Origin: an uncultured Actinomycetes bacterium
GTDB taxonomy: Bacteria; Actinomycetota; Acidimicrobiia; IMCC26256; DASPTH01
NCBI GenBank assembly: GCA_963720765.1
Contig: CAVRGS010000013.1
Location: 406,467-470,466 of the forward strand
Direction: 5' to 3'
Length of the DNA stretch: 64,000 bases
Within the stretch, counting starts at the first letter, position 1; the number at the start of each line of letters is the position of its first letter. Position numbers and translations under genes: made by a program. This document shows, piece after piece, positions 43,449-52,633 of this stretch. The notes beneath the pieces are model-generated. The model saw nothing but the letters and a program-made list of their open reading frames with translations. It did not search any database and was not told the origin of the DNA.

Positions 43449-44669
43449 TCAGGGCATGTCGGGCACACCGCTGCCGATGGCGTCGGGTGCGAGGGGTGCG
43501 TCGGTGCCCACCATCTCGGGCGTGCCCGCGAGCTCGCGACGGCCGAGGGTGAACGCGATCGTGAGGAAGACGGCCATGAGCACCGCGGTGCCGGTGCAGA
43601 CCGCGAACCGGCCGGCTTCTTCGTACACGAACCCGGCGGCCAATCCCGTGAGCCCGGCCGCCGCCAGGCCCGTCGCGCCGAGCAGACCCTGCGCAGCGGA
43701 GAGATGCTCGGGCGGACTGCCGAGCGCGGCGGCCACCTGGTTGCTCGGCATGGTGAAGGAGTCGGCGACCGCGTGCACCAACGACACCGCCAGCAGCATC
43801 CAGAGGCTCGGGAGCACGCCGTACGAGAAGGTGCAGATCGTGGCGACGGTCAGGCTGACCGCGACCACCCGCAGGGGACCGCGTGACTGCGCGGCGCGCC
43901 CACCGATCGGCGCGAGGAAGATCATGGGCAGCGTGAACATCGAGAGGGTGAGGCCGATGAGCCACGTCTCCGCGCCGTGGTCGCGCAGCAGCACCGCCCA
44001 GATCGCCTCGAACATGCCGACGGTGAGGTAGAAGGCAACGCTCGCCGCGAGCGTGGCCTGGATCGCGGGGCGGACCAGCAGCGTGCGCAGGGCGTGGCCC
44101 GAGTGCTCGCTCGCCACGCCCGCGTTGAGGTCGAGCCGCGACGCGAGCACGAACACGCCGACGAACACGACGGCGAGGAACAGGAACGGTGCGCGGATCC
44201 CGAACGCCTGCGCGACGATCGCCGCGACCAACGGCCCGAGCATGAATCCGGCCACGTCGAACGCGGCGAGCCGACCGAGGTTGGCGCCGACCGCATCCGG
44301 TTCGCGTGTGATCACGATGCGGCGCATCGCGGGTCCGACCGCGCCGCTCCCGAGACCGAGCAGCAGGCGCGCCACCAGGAACGCCCAGAACTCGGTCGCC
44401 ACTGCGCTACCGATCATCGCCCCCATCGCGAGCAGGATCCCGCCCCGCACGAGCATCGGTGCGTACCCGCGGTCGGCGAGCCGGGCCAGCGAGAGCTGCG
44501 TGACGAACCCGGCGAGGAACCCGGCAGCCACGATGTAGCCCAGCTGTGCCTCGGTGAAGCCGTACCGGTCGCGCAGATCGGCGAGCAGCGTGTAGATGGA
44601 GCCGTACCCGAGCGACATGCTCCCCGCGACGACGCAGTAGGGGAGCAGCCCCTCGCTCCTGATCCGCAC
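43449..44669 (-). CDS. MFS transporter
   Basis: 406-aa ORF with about 12 hydrophobic segments and an MFS loop motif (LARLADRGYAPMLV, GRLAAFD). Confidence 0.9.
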   Translation of the reverse strand: MRIRSEGLLPYCVVAGSMSLGYGSIYTLLADLRDRYGFTEAQLGYIVAAGFLAGFVTQLSLARLADRGYAPMLVRGGILLAMGAMIGSAVATEFWAFLVARLLLGLGSGAVGPAMRRIVITREPDAVGANLGRLAAFDVAGFMLGPLVAAIVAQAFGIRAPFLFLAVVFVGVFVLASRLDLNAGVASEHSGHALRTLLVRPAIQATLAASVAFYLTVGMFEAIWAVLLRDHGAETWLIGLTLSMFTLPMIFLAPIGGRAAQSRGPLRVVAVSLTVATICTFSYGVLPSLWMLLAVSLVHAVADSFTMPSNQVAAALGSPPEHLSAAQGLLGATGLAAAGLTGLAAGFVYEEAGRFAVCTGTAVLMAVFLTIAFTLGRRELAGTPEMVGTDAPLAPDAIGSGVPDMP

Positions 44670-44685
44670 CGAGCGTCAGGCCCGG

Positions 44686-45297
44686 TCAGCGTTCGAGTTG
44701 GGCACGCGCTTCCTCGAGGACCTTCGTGCGCACGTCGCCGCGCGCGTTCGCCAGGGGCAGCAGGTAGTCGAGCATCGTCGACTGGATGTCGGCGAGGGCC
44801 TCGAGCTGCTCGGGTGAGAGCTGGTCGAAGAAGTGGTGACGCACGCTCTCGACGTGGCCCGGAGCCGCGTCGCGGAGGGCAGCGAAGCCGTCGTCGGTGA
44901 GGACGGCCAGTTGTCCGCGCCGGTCGGTGCTGCACGTCTCGCGCCGCACCCATCCCAGCTCTTCGAGGCGCGCCACCGCGTGGGACAACCGGCTGCGCGA
45001 CGACTGCGTGGCGTCGGCGAGCTCGCTCATCCGTCGCGATCGATCCGGTGCCTCGGAGAGCATCACCAGGATCTCGTAGTGACCGAACGAGAACCCCGAC
45101 TCACGCTGCAGGTCGCGCTCGATCTCCTCCCACAGGAGCCGGCTGGTGAACACCCAGCCCAACCAGATGCGGCGCTCGTCGGGATCGAGCCAGCGCGTCG
45201 CTCGCTCTTTGCCGGGCCCGTCGGCCGTGCGGACGCTCACTCCGTCTCCCCGGGTCGCTCGCTCCTTGCCAGGCCCGTTGGCCGTGCGGACGCTCAC
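44686..45297 (-). CDS. MarR family transcriptional regulator with duplicated N-terminal 19 aa
   Basis: 3' part of ORF 44686..45606: ...FSFGHYEILVMLSEAPDRSRRMSELADATQSSRSRLSHAVARLEELGWVRRETCSTDRRGQLAVLTDDG. A GTG at 45297 overlaps the methyltransferase TGA. An equivalent GTG lies 57 nt downstream (45240) in repeat copy 2. Confidence 0.8.
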   Translation of the reverse strand: MSVRTANGPGKERATRGDGVSVRTADGPGKERATRWLDPDERRIWLGWVFTSRLLWEEIERDLQRESGFSFGHYEILVMLSEAPDRSRRMSELADATQSSRSRLSHAVARLEELGWVRRETCSTDRRGQLAVLTDDGFAALRDAAPGHVESVRHHFFDQLSPEQLEALADIQSTMLDYLLPLANARGDVRTKVLEEARAQLER

Positions 45298-45310
45298 TCC
45301 GTCTCCCCGG
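45197..45310. repeat. 57-bp tandem duplication (2 copies, 54/57 identical) spanning a gene junction
   Basis: The copies are at 45197-45253 and 45254-45310, read directly from the sequence. They encode RGDGVSVRTA(N/D)GPGKERAT twice in the MarR frame. Confidence 0.85.
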
Positions 45311-45929
45311 GTCGCGTCGCGACGCCTTCGTACAGGTAGCCCCACGGCAGCATGAACTTCGGGCCTGGCATCTGGTCGTGCTGCAGCGCGGTGATCTCGA
45401 AGCCGGCCTCGCGCACGAGGGCGTCGATGGGGCGATCGAGGTGACATCCTCCGCACACCCGCTGCTGCAGGCCGTTGAACCGGTGCTGCTTGTGGGCGAC
45501 GACAGGATCGGGGCACAAGCCGTGCTCGAGGAAGTGGAAGGTCCCACCGGGGCGCAGCACGCGCCGCACCTCGCTGAGCGCGCTCGTGACGTCGGGGATC
45601 GTGCACAACGTGAACGTGCTCAGGGCAGCGTCGACGGACGCGTCTCCGAGCGGGAGGTGCGCGCCGTCGAGGCCGACGAAGTCCACGTCGACCGGTGACG
45701 CGTCGACGCGTGGTCGCGAGAGCTTGCGGCCGACGAGTGACGGGTCGATCGCGTAGACGCGATCCACCTCGGACGGGTAGAGCGGCACGTTGAGCCCTGA
45801 GCCGAATCCGATCTCGACGACGTCGCCGGCCAACGAATCGACGGCTCGGCGTCGCAGCTTCATGACTTCGCCCGACCCCAGCAACTTGTCCGTGATGCGG
45901 GGCACGACCTCGTCCGTCCAGAAGGGCAC
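45294..45929 (-). CDS. class I SAM-dependent methyltransferase
   Basis: 3' 211 aa of ORF 45294..46298 starting at GTG: VPFWTDEVVPRITDKLLG...VVEIGFGSGLNVPLYP...LRPGGTFHFLEHG. Confidence 0.85.
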   Translation of the reverse strand: MPFWTDEVVPRITDKLLGSGEVMKLRRRAVDSLAGDVVEIGFGSGLNVPLYPSEVDRVYAIDPSLVGRKLSRPRVDASPVDVDFVGLDGAHLPLGDASVDAALSTFTLCTIPDVTSALSEVRRVLRPGGTFHFLEHGLCPDPVVAHKQHRFNGLQQRVCGGCHLDRPIDALVREAGFEITALQHDQMPGPKFMLPWGYLYEGVATRPGETE

Positions 45930-45982
45930 GGCCGTGAGCCTACGGTGCCGCGCCCCGGTGCCGCCCGTGCTGCCGGTTCGGC

Positions 45983-46528
45983 TCAGGCCGGACGGGTGAA
46001 GAGGTCCACGAGTCGGTCGGCCGCGTCGTCGGCCCACCGCTCCAACGTTGCCCGGGGGGTACCGCCGATCGGGTGGTCGAGCACGAGCGTGCGGGCTTCC
46101 GGGAGCCCGAAGCTCGACGCCATCGTCGACGCGATCGGCGCGAACTGCGTGGTGGTGACAACGACACAGGGCCGTCCGGCCTTCTCGAGCTCGATGGTGT
46201 CGTAGACGCTGTACGCGGTGCAGCTCCCACAGTCGGCGGTACCGGTGATCACGATGTCGGCCTGGGCGAGCACCTTCTCGAAGATGTCGGGCGCACACGG
46301 GATCGCCGCGTTCGCGGACCTTCCCTCCGGCCCCTTCTTGGTGACCAGCTCCACGCGCGCGCCGGTGCGCGTCGCCAAGGTCTCCGCTGCGCGCGCCATC
46401 ACGAGCGCGGCGTTGGGCTTGCCGTTGTCGAGCACCGCGATGCGCAGTCCCGCGAGCGACGCCGGCGACGGCGCCAGGCGCACGACCTCCGGACCAGGCT
46501 CGCTGTCGGGGAGATAGATCGTCGTCAC
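45983..46528 (-). CDS. UGSC-family-like protein (Cys form, CGSC motif)
   Basis: 181-aa ORF with ...DIVITGTADCGSCTAYSVYD.... The family name is recalled from NCBI naming (UGSC family (seleno)protein), so this is a tentative call. Confidence 0.6.
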   Translation of the reverse strand: MTTIYLPDSEPGPEVVRLAPSPASLAGLRIAVLDNGKPNAALVMARAAETLATRTGARVELVTKKGPEGRSANAAIPCAPDIFEKVLAQADIVITGTADCGSCTAYSVYDTIELEKAGRPCVVVTTTQFAPIASTMASSFGLPEARTLVLDHPIGGTPRATLERWADDAADRLVDLFTRPA

Positions 46529-46532
46529 CGCT

Positions 46533-47579
46533 TCAGCCTTCCACGGGCAGCGTGACGCTGCGGGTCATGCCCCACGACGGCACGAGGAGCGTGTGCTTCC
46601 CCGGGCCGCCGATCACCAGCACCCGGATGTTGCCGGGTTCACCGGTCATCGGCAACGGATGGTCGTCAGGGACGGTCTTCATCCACTGTGTCCACGCCAG
46701 CTCCTCGAAGTGACGGCGGAACGTCACCGCGGGGATGCGGGCACGGTCGTAGAGGTACAGCGACACGTCGTCGCGCGAGAAGCCCTTGCTGGCGAGGCTG
46801 TGGGCGTGCTCGGGGCCGAGGACGACGAAGAATTCGCCCTGGCTGATGGGTGCGTTGTTCATGCCCAGCGACGCCATCGACGATGCGATCTTGTCGAGGA
46901 TCAACTGCGGGTCGCCGTCCTTCTCCATGTCGTGCACGTTGTGCGGGCCTTCGCCGCAGTGGACGGTGACCGCGCTGGGCGCGTGCACCCCGCGACTCAC
47001 GGCGTATCCCTCCCAGGGCGACGCGTCGAGCGCCTCGGCCGCGCAGAACGTGTACTTGGCCGGTTGGCCGTGCGTCGCGGCGTCGCCGGAGCCGGGACGC
47101 GCGCCGGCGACGTGCAACAACAGCAGTCGGATCGCGCGTCCCACCGTCGCGTTGGCGCGGTTGCCCGGTCCGAACGCGCCGACGCCCGACGCGAACCCGG
47201 CGGTCGTTGCGATGTCGCCGTGCACGAGCACCATCGGCGCGACGGGGTGGGTCGTCGCGTTCACGCCGCGCAGGTTCATCTCGGGGCGCGCCAGCGCGCG
47301 GACCGCGCTGAGCACGACCGGGAACGCCTCCCGAGGGCACCCTGCGAGGACCGCGTTGATGGCCACGACGCGACGCGTCACGATCCCGGAGCGGGGCAGG
47401 AGCGTGGCGAGCACGTCGTCGGGATCGCCTGTGGCGTGCTCGAGCATGGCGTCGACGCGCGCCGGCGTGGGAGCGACGACCGGCAACCCGTCGCCCAGGC
47501 CGCGCGCCTCGAACATCTCGGCGATCGCCTCGGCGGACTCGTCGGCGATCTCGACGGTGCTCGGCACGTAGGTGGTCAC
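46533..47579 (-). CDS. conserved hypothetical protein co-oriented with the UGSC-like gene
   Basis: ORF 46533..47651. The likely GTG start at 47579 is preceded by aggaaaggg. It lies 4 nt upstream of the UGSC-like gene. I recognise no family. Confidence 0.7.
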   Translation of the reverse strand: MTTYVPSTVEIADESAEAIAEMFEARGLGDGLPVVAPTPARVDAMLEHATGDPDDVLATLLPRSGIVTRRVVAINAVLAGCPREAFPVVLSAVRALARPEMNLRGVNATTHPVAPMVLVHGDIATTAGFASGVGAFGPGNRANATVGRAIRLLLLHVAGARPGSGDAATHGQPAKYTFCAAEALDASPWEGYAVSRGVHAPSAVTVHCGEGPHNVHDMEKDGDPQLILDKIASSMASLGMNNAPISQGEFFVVLGPEHAHSLASKGFSRDDVSLYLYDRARIPAVTFRRHFEELAWTQWMKTVPDDHPLPMTGEPGNIRVLVIGGPGKHTLLVPSWGMTRSVTLPVEG

Positions 47580-47611
47580 GGCGGGCCCTTTCCTGACAAC
47601 ATTCGGAGTAT

Positions 47612-47628
47612 GCCTGATGCCATCAGGC
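47612..47628. promoter_or_regulatory. 17-bp palindrome GCCTGATG-c-CATCAGGC in a divergent promoter region
   Basis: Read from the sequence. It lies between the hypothetical gene start (47579, -) and the P450 start (47684, +). Confidence 0.4.
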
Positions 47629-47683
47629 GTGTCCAGCCGCGACTGCGTCACGGGCGCGCGTTACACGCGGGTACGGTTTTGTC

Positions 47684-48919
47684 ATGGACACCCACGACAC
47701 CAAGATCTTTCCGTCCGACGTCGAGTCCGCGGCGGGCGACCGCGGCGACGCCACCGCGGTGCAGTTCGCGGCCGAGAGCCTGGGCGACGCCTCGTGCCCG
47801 CAGCCGATCTACCAGCACCTGGTCGAGGCCGAGGTGATGGAGGCCATGCCCGGCATGTACATGGTCGCCAGCCGCCGGGCGGTCGAGGCCACGTTCAAGA
47901 ACACCGAGGTGTTCTCGTCCGAGGGCTTCCTCGAGCTCGGCAACGTCCGGCCGCTCATCCCGCTGAGCGTCGACCCGCCCCGTCACCTGAAGTACCGCAA
48001 GATCCTCGACCCGATCTTCGCGCCCCGCCAGATGGATGCCATCGAGGACGACGTCACCGCCCGGGTCAACCACTTCATCGACCAGTTCGAAGCGCGTGGC
48101 GAGTGCCACTTCACGCACGAGTTCGCCGAGAAGTTCCCCTCGGCGGTGTTCCTGGGCCTGATGGGCCTTCCGTGGGAGGAGCTCGACACGTTCCTCCGGT
48201 TGAAGGACGGCATCATCCGTCCCGGCGGGATCGAGATGGAGCAGGAAGCACGCCAGCAGATCCAGCGCGACGTCGGCCAGGAGCTCTACGCGTACTTCGA
48301 CGCCATCCTCGACGAACGGCTGAAGGCACCGAAGGACGACATCCTCACCCGGTTCAACACCGCGGAGATCGACGGCGAGAAGCTGTCGCGCGAGGAGATC
48401 CTCGACATCTGCTTCCTCTTCTTCATCGCCGGTCTCGACACCGTGACCGACTCGCTCACGTGCTTCTTCGCGTTCCTCGCCGAGCACGACGCGCACCGCA
48501 AGCAGATCGTCGACGACCCCGACATCATCCCGAGCGCGGTCGAGGAGCTGCTGCGCTGGGAGACGCCGGTGCCCAACGTGCCTCGCATGGCGACGACCGA
48601 CGGGTGCCCGGTCCAGGGTCACACGGTGCCCGCGGGTTCGTTCGTGCTCGTGAACGTGGGCGCGGCCAACGTCGACCCCGCCGAGTACGACGACCCGATG
48701 GAAGTGCGCTTCGATCGCGACGTCAACCGTCACCTCGCGTTCGGCGGCGGCGTGCACCGGTGCCTCGGGTCGCACCTGGCCCGGCGTGAGCTGCGGGTGA
48801 CGCTGCGCGAGTGGCACCGCCGCATCCCGGAGTACTCGATCAAGCCCGGCGTGGAGCTGCAGTACGCGGCCGGACTCCGCATGGTCGAGAACCTGGAACT
48901 GGTCTGGCCGACCACGTGA
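47684..48919 (+). CDS. cytochrome P450
   Basis: 411-aa ORF with AGLDTVT (I-helix), EELLRWETP (ExxR) and the heme loop FGGGVHRCLGSHLAR. Confidence 0.95.
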   Translation: MDTHDTKIFPSDVESAAGDRGDATAVQFAAESLGDASCPQPIYQHLVEAEVMEAMPGMYMVASRRAVEATFKNTEVFSSEGFLELGNVRPLIPLSVDPPRHLKYRKILDPIFAPRQMDAIEDDVTARVNHFIDQFEARGECHFTHEFAEKFPSAVFLGLMGLPWEELDTFLRLKDGIIRPGGIEMEQEARQQIQRDVGQELYAYFDAILDERLKAPKDDILTRFNTAEIDGEKLSREEILDICFLFFIAGLDTVTDSLTCFFAFLAEHDAHRKQIVDDPDIIPSAVEELLRWETPVPNVPRMATTDGCPVQGHTVPAGSFVLVNVGAANVDPAEYDDPMEVRFDRDVNRHLAFGGGVHRCLGSHLARRELRVTLREWHRRIPEYSIKPGVELQYAAGLRMVENLELVWPTT

Positions 48920-49827
48920 CGGCAGAGGTCGTCGAACGGCGGTTCCAGGACACGCCGGCGATCGAACTGCGCAGCGGCACGCTGCGGGCCACGTTCGTGC
49001 CCGGCGTCGGCATGACCGGCGTGTCACTACGTCGTGATCGCCGCGAGCACCTGGCGCTCCCCGGTGGCGTCGCCGCGCTGCGCGCCGGTCACACCGGCGG
49101 GCTGCCGCTGCTCGCGCCCTGGGCCAACCGCTTGTCGACGCGCCGCTACCGCGCCGGAGGCGTCGACGTCGACCTCCGCCGATTGCGGCTCCACACCGAC
49201 GACAACGGCCTCCCGATCCACGGGCTGCTGGTGGGTTCGCCCGAGTGGGAGGTCACGAGCACGAGCGCGCGACGCGAGGTGGCGCGTCTCACCGCGACCA
49301 CCATCGTCGATGCGCCTGCGTTTCCGTTCCCGCACCTGCTCGAGCTCGCGGTCACCGCGCACGACGATCGGCTCGTCATCGACACGATGCTCGTACCGAC
49401 CGGTGACCGGAAGGTGCCCGCCGCGTGGGGGTGGCATCCGTACCTGCGCGTCCCGGGTACCCCGCGCTCACGATGGTCGCTGCGCCTCCCGGCACGCGAG
49501 CATCTCGCGCTCGACGACCGCGGCATCCCGACCGGTGCTTCGACACGCGAGACGGCCGAGGACGACCTGCTCGGTCGCCGCACGTTCGACGACCTCTACC
49601 GGCTGGGCCGCGACCGCCGCCTCGTGTTCACCGGACAAGACGGTGCGTCGGTCTCGGTGCAGGGCAACGCGCACTACCCCTACGCACAGGTGTGGGTGCC
49701 ACCGGGCGAGGCCTTCGCCGCGCTCGAGCCGATGGCCGCGCCCACCAACGCGCTCGTCACCGGGAACGTGCACCTGGTCGAGCCCGGTGACGCGTTCACC
49801 GCCACGTTCACTCTGACCGTCACCTGA
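48916..49827 (+). CDS. aldose 1-epimerase family protein
   Basis: GTG overlaps the P450 stop (GTGA). Contains ...LLAPWANRL...LPIHGLL...GWHPYLRVPG...AALEPMAAPTNAL. Confidence 0.75.
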   Translation: MTAEVVERRFQDTPAIELRSGTLRATFVPGVGMTGVSLRRDRREHLALPGGVAALRAGHTGGLPLLAPWANRLSTRRYRAGGVDVDLRRLRLHTDDNGLPIHGLLVGSPEWEVTSTSARREVARLTATTIVDAPAFPFPHLLELAVTAHDDRLVIDTMLVPTGDRKVPAAWGWHPYLRVPGTPRSRWSLRLPAREHLALDDRGIPTGASTRETAEDDLLGRRTFDDLYRLGRDRRLVFTGQDGASVSVQGNAHYPYAQVWVPPGEAFAALEPMAAPTNALVTGNVHLVEPGDAFTATFTLTVT

Positions 49828-49845
49828 CCCACCACCTCGGGATGG

Positions 49846-50679
49846 TCAGTTCTCGAAGGCCGAGAGGTCGAATTCGAGCACGAGGCGACCGGTCGTGATG
49901 GCCGACACCGTGCCGCCGTCGGTGTTGAGGTTCTCGCCCGAGATGTACGACGCGGCGTCGCTGTTGAGGAAGATCATCGGCCACCCCTGCTCCGCGGGCG
50001 TCGAACGGCGACCGAGACCCTGGGCGAAGAGGTCGATGATCTTGCCGTCTCCGCCCGCCATGTCCTCGAACGCCGGCATCATCGGGGTGTCGGTGGGCCC
50101 GGGGCTGATGCAGTTGAGGCGGATCCCCTTCGCGTTGAGGTCCATGGCCGCCTTCATCGTCCAGATGATGAGCGCTTCCTTCGACTGCGCGTAGGCGCCG
50201 AGGATGTCGTCGGGGTGCTCCTCGCACCACGCCTTCGCCGACGCGAAGTCGGGGGTGTCGACGAGCGGCATCCACTTCTCGAGGTTGAGGAGGTAGCCGC
50301 TGCCCGCGGTCGACGAGATGCTGCAGATCGCGCCGCCGTCGGTCATGTACGGCACCACGCACGAAGTGAGGTGGCGCGGCGCGGCGAAGTTGACCAGCAT
50401 CGTGTCGACGTCCGGGAACGGCGGACCGGGCAGGCCCGCGGCGTTGAACAGCGCGTCGATCTTGCCGCCGATGGTGTCGACGGCGGTCGCGACCGCGTCG
50501 GGGTCGCGCAGGTCGACGATCTGGTGGCTCGCCACCTTGACCGGTGGGTCCTTGAGGTCGAGCACGTGGATCTCGGCGCCCAGTTCGGCGAGCCCTTCGA
50601 CCGCGGCGGCGCCCATTCCGGCTCCGCCGCCCCCGCTCACGACCACCCGCTTGCCTTCGTAGCTGAACGGCAGTGCCAT
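49846..50679 (-). CDS. short-chain dehydrogenase/reductase (SDR)
   Basis: ORF 49846..50712. The start is MALPFSYEGKRVVVSGGGGAGMG, with YAQSKEAL as the catalytic YxxxK. It is a paralog of the SDR at 56834..57646. Confidence 0.9.
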   Translation of the reverse strand: MALPFSYEGKRVVVSGGGGAGMGAAAVEGLAELGAEIHVLDLKDPPVKVASHQIVDLRDPDAVATAVDTIGGKIDALFNAAGLPGPPFPDVDTMLVNFAAPRHLTSCVVPYMTDGGAICSISSTAGSGYLLNLEKWMPLVDTPDFASAKAWCEEHPDDILGAYAQSKEALIIWTMKAAMDLNAKGIRLNCISPGPTDTPMMPAFEDMAGGDGKIIDLFAQGLGRRSTPAEQGWPMIFLNSDAASYISGENLNTDGGTVSAITTGRLVLEFDLSAFEN

Positions 50680-50777
50680 TGCTTCCCCCTCTGAGTGTCC
50701 GGACGCGGGCACTGTATCCCCGCGTGGTGGCTCACTCCCACGGGGTCAAGTGCCAGACTCACGGCGACGAAAGGCAC

Positions 50778-52625
50778 ATGGTGACCACGTTCCCCGACAT
50801 CGCCGACTATGCGTTCCTCTCCGACTGCGAGATCAGCACGCTCGTCGCGCCCGACGGCTCGGTCGAGTGGCTGTGCCTCCCGCGCCCCGACTCGCCGAGC
50901 GTGTTCGGCGCGCTCCTCGACCGCGCCGCGGGCAACTTCCGCTTCGGTCCCAGCGGGATCGACGTGCCGAACCAGCGTCGGTACGTACCCGGCACCAACG
51001 TCCTCGAGACCACCTGGCACACACCGACCGGCTGGCTCATCGTGTGGGATCTCCTGGTGATGGGTCCTGCCCCCACCGACGAACGGCGCGAGCGCTATCG
51101 CCGCGTCCCCGGCGACACGATGGGTCAGGCCACGCTCCTGCGCATCGCCACGTGTTGCGACGGGCGCGTCGAGGTGCAGGCGAACTGCATCCCCCAGTTC
51201 GACTACGGGCGCGAGAACGGCGAGTGGACGTACGACGACGGTGGCTACGAGAAGGTCACCTGCCGCTACGGCGACCTCGCGCTCGACCTGACCGGCAGCC
51301 TGCGCTTGGGCATCCTCGGACCCCGCACCTACGGGCGCACGACCCTCGAAGAGGGTGAGTCGGCATGGTTGGCGCTGTCGTGGGAAGGCGACGCGCCGAC
51401 GACGCTGGAGGAGGCGGAGGCGCAGCGCGACGCCACCGAGAAGTACTGGCGCGACTGGCTGGCGTTGGCAAAGATCCACGACCACGTGTGGCGCCCGTAT
51501 CTGGAACGCAGCGCGCTGGCGTTGAAGTCGCTGAGCTACGCACCCACCGGGGCGATCATGGCGGCCGGCACCACGTCGCTCCCGGAGACTCCCGGCGGTG
51601 AGCGCAACTGGGACTACCGCTACACCTGGATCCGCGACACCGCGTTCATGCTGCGCGCCCTCCACGACCTCGGGTTCGAGTGGGAGGCCTTCGAGTACTT
51701 CGCGTTCATGCTCGAGACCCTGGCCCTGGAGATGGGATCGGGTTCGCCGAACCTGCAGATCATGTACGGCATCGGCGGTGAGACCGACCTCGCCGAGCAG
51801 ACGCTCGACCACCTCTCGGGCTACCGCAACTCGCGTCCCGTGCGCGTCGGGAACGGTGCGTTCGACCAGCACCAGCACGACGTGTGGGGGATGTTGCTCG
51901 ACGCGGTGAGCTCGTTCCTGCGCCGTGGGGGCCAGATGCCCGCCAGCGTCTGGACCGGTCTCTGCTTCTTGGTGGAGCAGGCGATCGAGAGGTTCTCCGA
52001 GCCCGACCAGGGGATCTGGGAGATGCGGGGCGAGCCCCAGCACTTCGTGGCGTCGAAGGTCATGTGCTGGGTCGCGGTCGACCGGGGCCTGCACCTGGCC
52101 CGCGAGCGCGAAGACGCCGAGCTCATCGCCCGCTGGGAAGCGGCAGCCGAGAAGATGCACGCCGAGATCCTCGACCAGGGGCTCGACGACCGGGGCGTCT
52201 TCACCCAGTCCTACGGCAGCAAAGCGCTCGACGCGTCGAACCTGCTGATCCCGATCATGGGCTTCCTCCCCGGTGACGACGAGCGTGTGCGCGCCACCGT
52301 GCTCGCCATCGCCGACGAGCTCACCAAGGACGGGCTCGTGTTGCGGTACCGCGTCGACACCACCGACGACGGACTGAGTGGCGAAGAGGGCACGTTCACC
52401 ATCTGCTCGTTCTGGTTGGTGTCCGCGCTCACGATCATCGGCGAGGTCGAGCGGGCGCGTGCGCTCTACCAGAAGCTGCTGTCGTTCGCGGGGCCGCTCC
52501 ACCTCTACGCCGAGGAGATCGACGCCGCCACCGGGCAGCACCTCGGCAACTTCCCACAGGCCTTCACGCACCTGGCGCTGATCGACGCGGGCCGTCGCCT
52601 CATCGCGGTCGAGACGGAGGACTGA
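50778..52625 (+). CDS. glycoside hydrolase family 15 (glucoamylase/trehalase-like)
   Basis: Last 615 aa of ORF 50673..52625: MVTTFPDIADYAFLSDCEISTLVAPDGSVEWLCLPRPDSPSVF...NWDYRYTWIRDTAF...EGTFTICSFWLV. Confidence 0.9.
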   Translation: MVTTFPDIADYAFLSDCEISTLVAPDGSVEWLCLPRPDSPSVFGALLDRAAGNFRFGPSGIDVPNQRRYVPGTNVLETTWHTPTGWLIVWDLLVMGPAPTDERRERYRRVPGDTMGQATLLRIATCCDGRVEVQANCIPQFDYGRENGEWTYDDGGYEKVTCRYGDLALDLTGSLRLGILGPRTYGRTTLEEGESAWLALSWEGDAPTTLEEAEAQRDATEKYWRDWLALAKIHDHVWRPYLERSALALKSLSYAPTGAIMAAGTTSLPETPGGERNWDYRYTWIRDTAFMLRALHDLGFEWEAFEYFAFMLETLALEMGSGSPNLQIMYGIGGETDLAEQTLDHLSGYRNSRPVRVGNGAFDQHQHDVWGMLLDAVSSFLRRGGQMPASVWTGLCFLVEQAIERFSEPDQGIWEMRGEPQHFVASKVMCWVAVDRGLHLAREREDAELIARWEAAAEKMHAEILDQGLDDRGVFTQSYGSKALDASNLLIPIMGFLPGDDERVRATVLAIADELTKDGLVLRYRVDTTDDGLSGEEGTFTICSFWLVSALTIIGEVERARALYQKLLSFAGPLHLYAEEIDAATGQHLGNFPQAFTHLALIDAGRRLIAVETED

Positions 52626-52633
52626 CCACCGGC

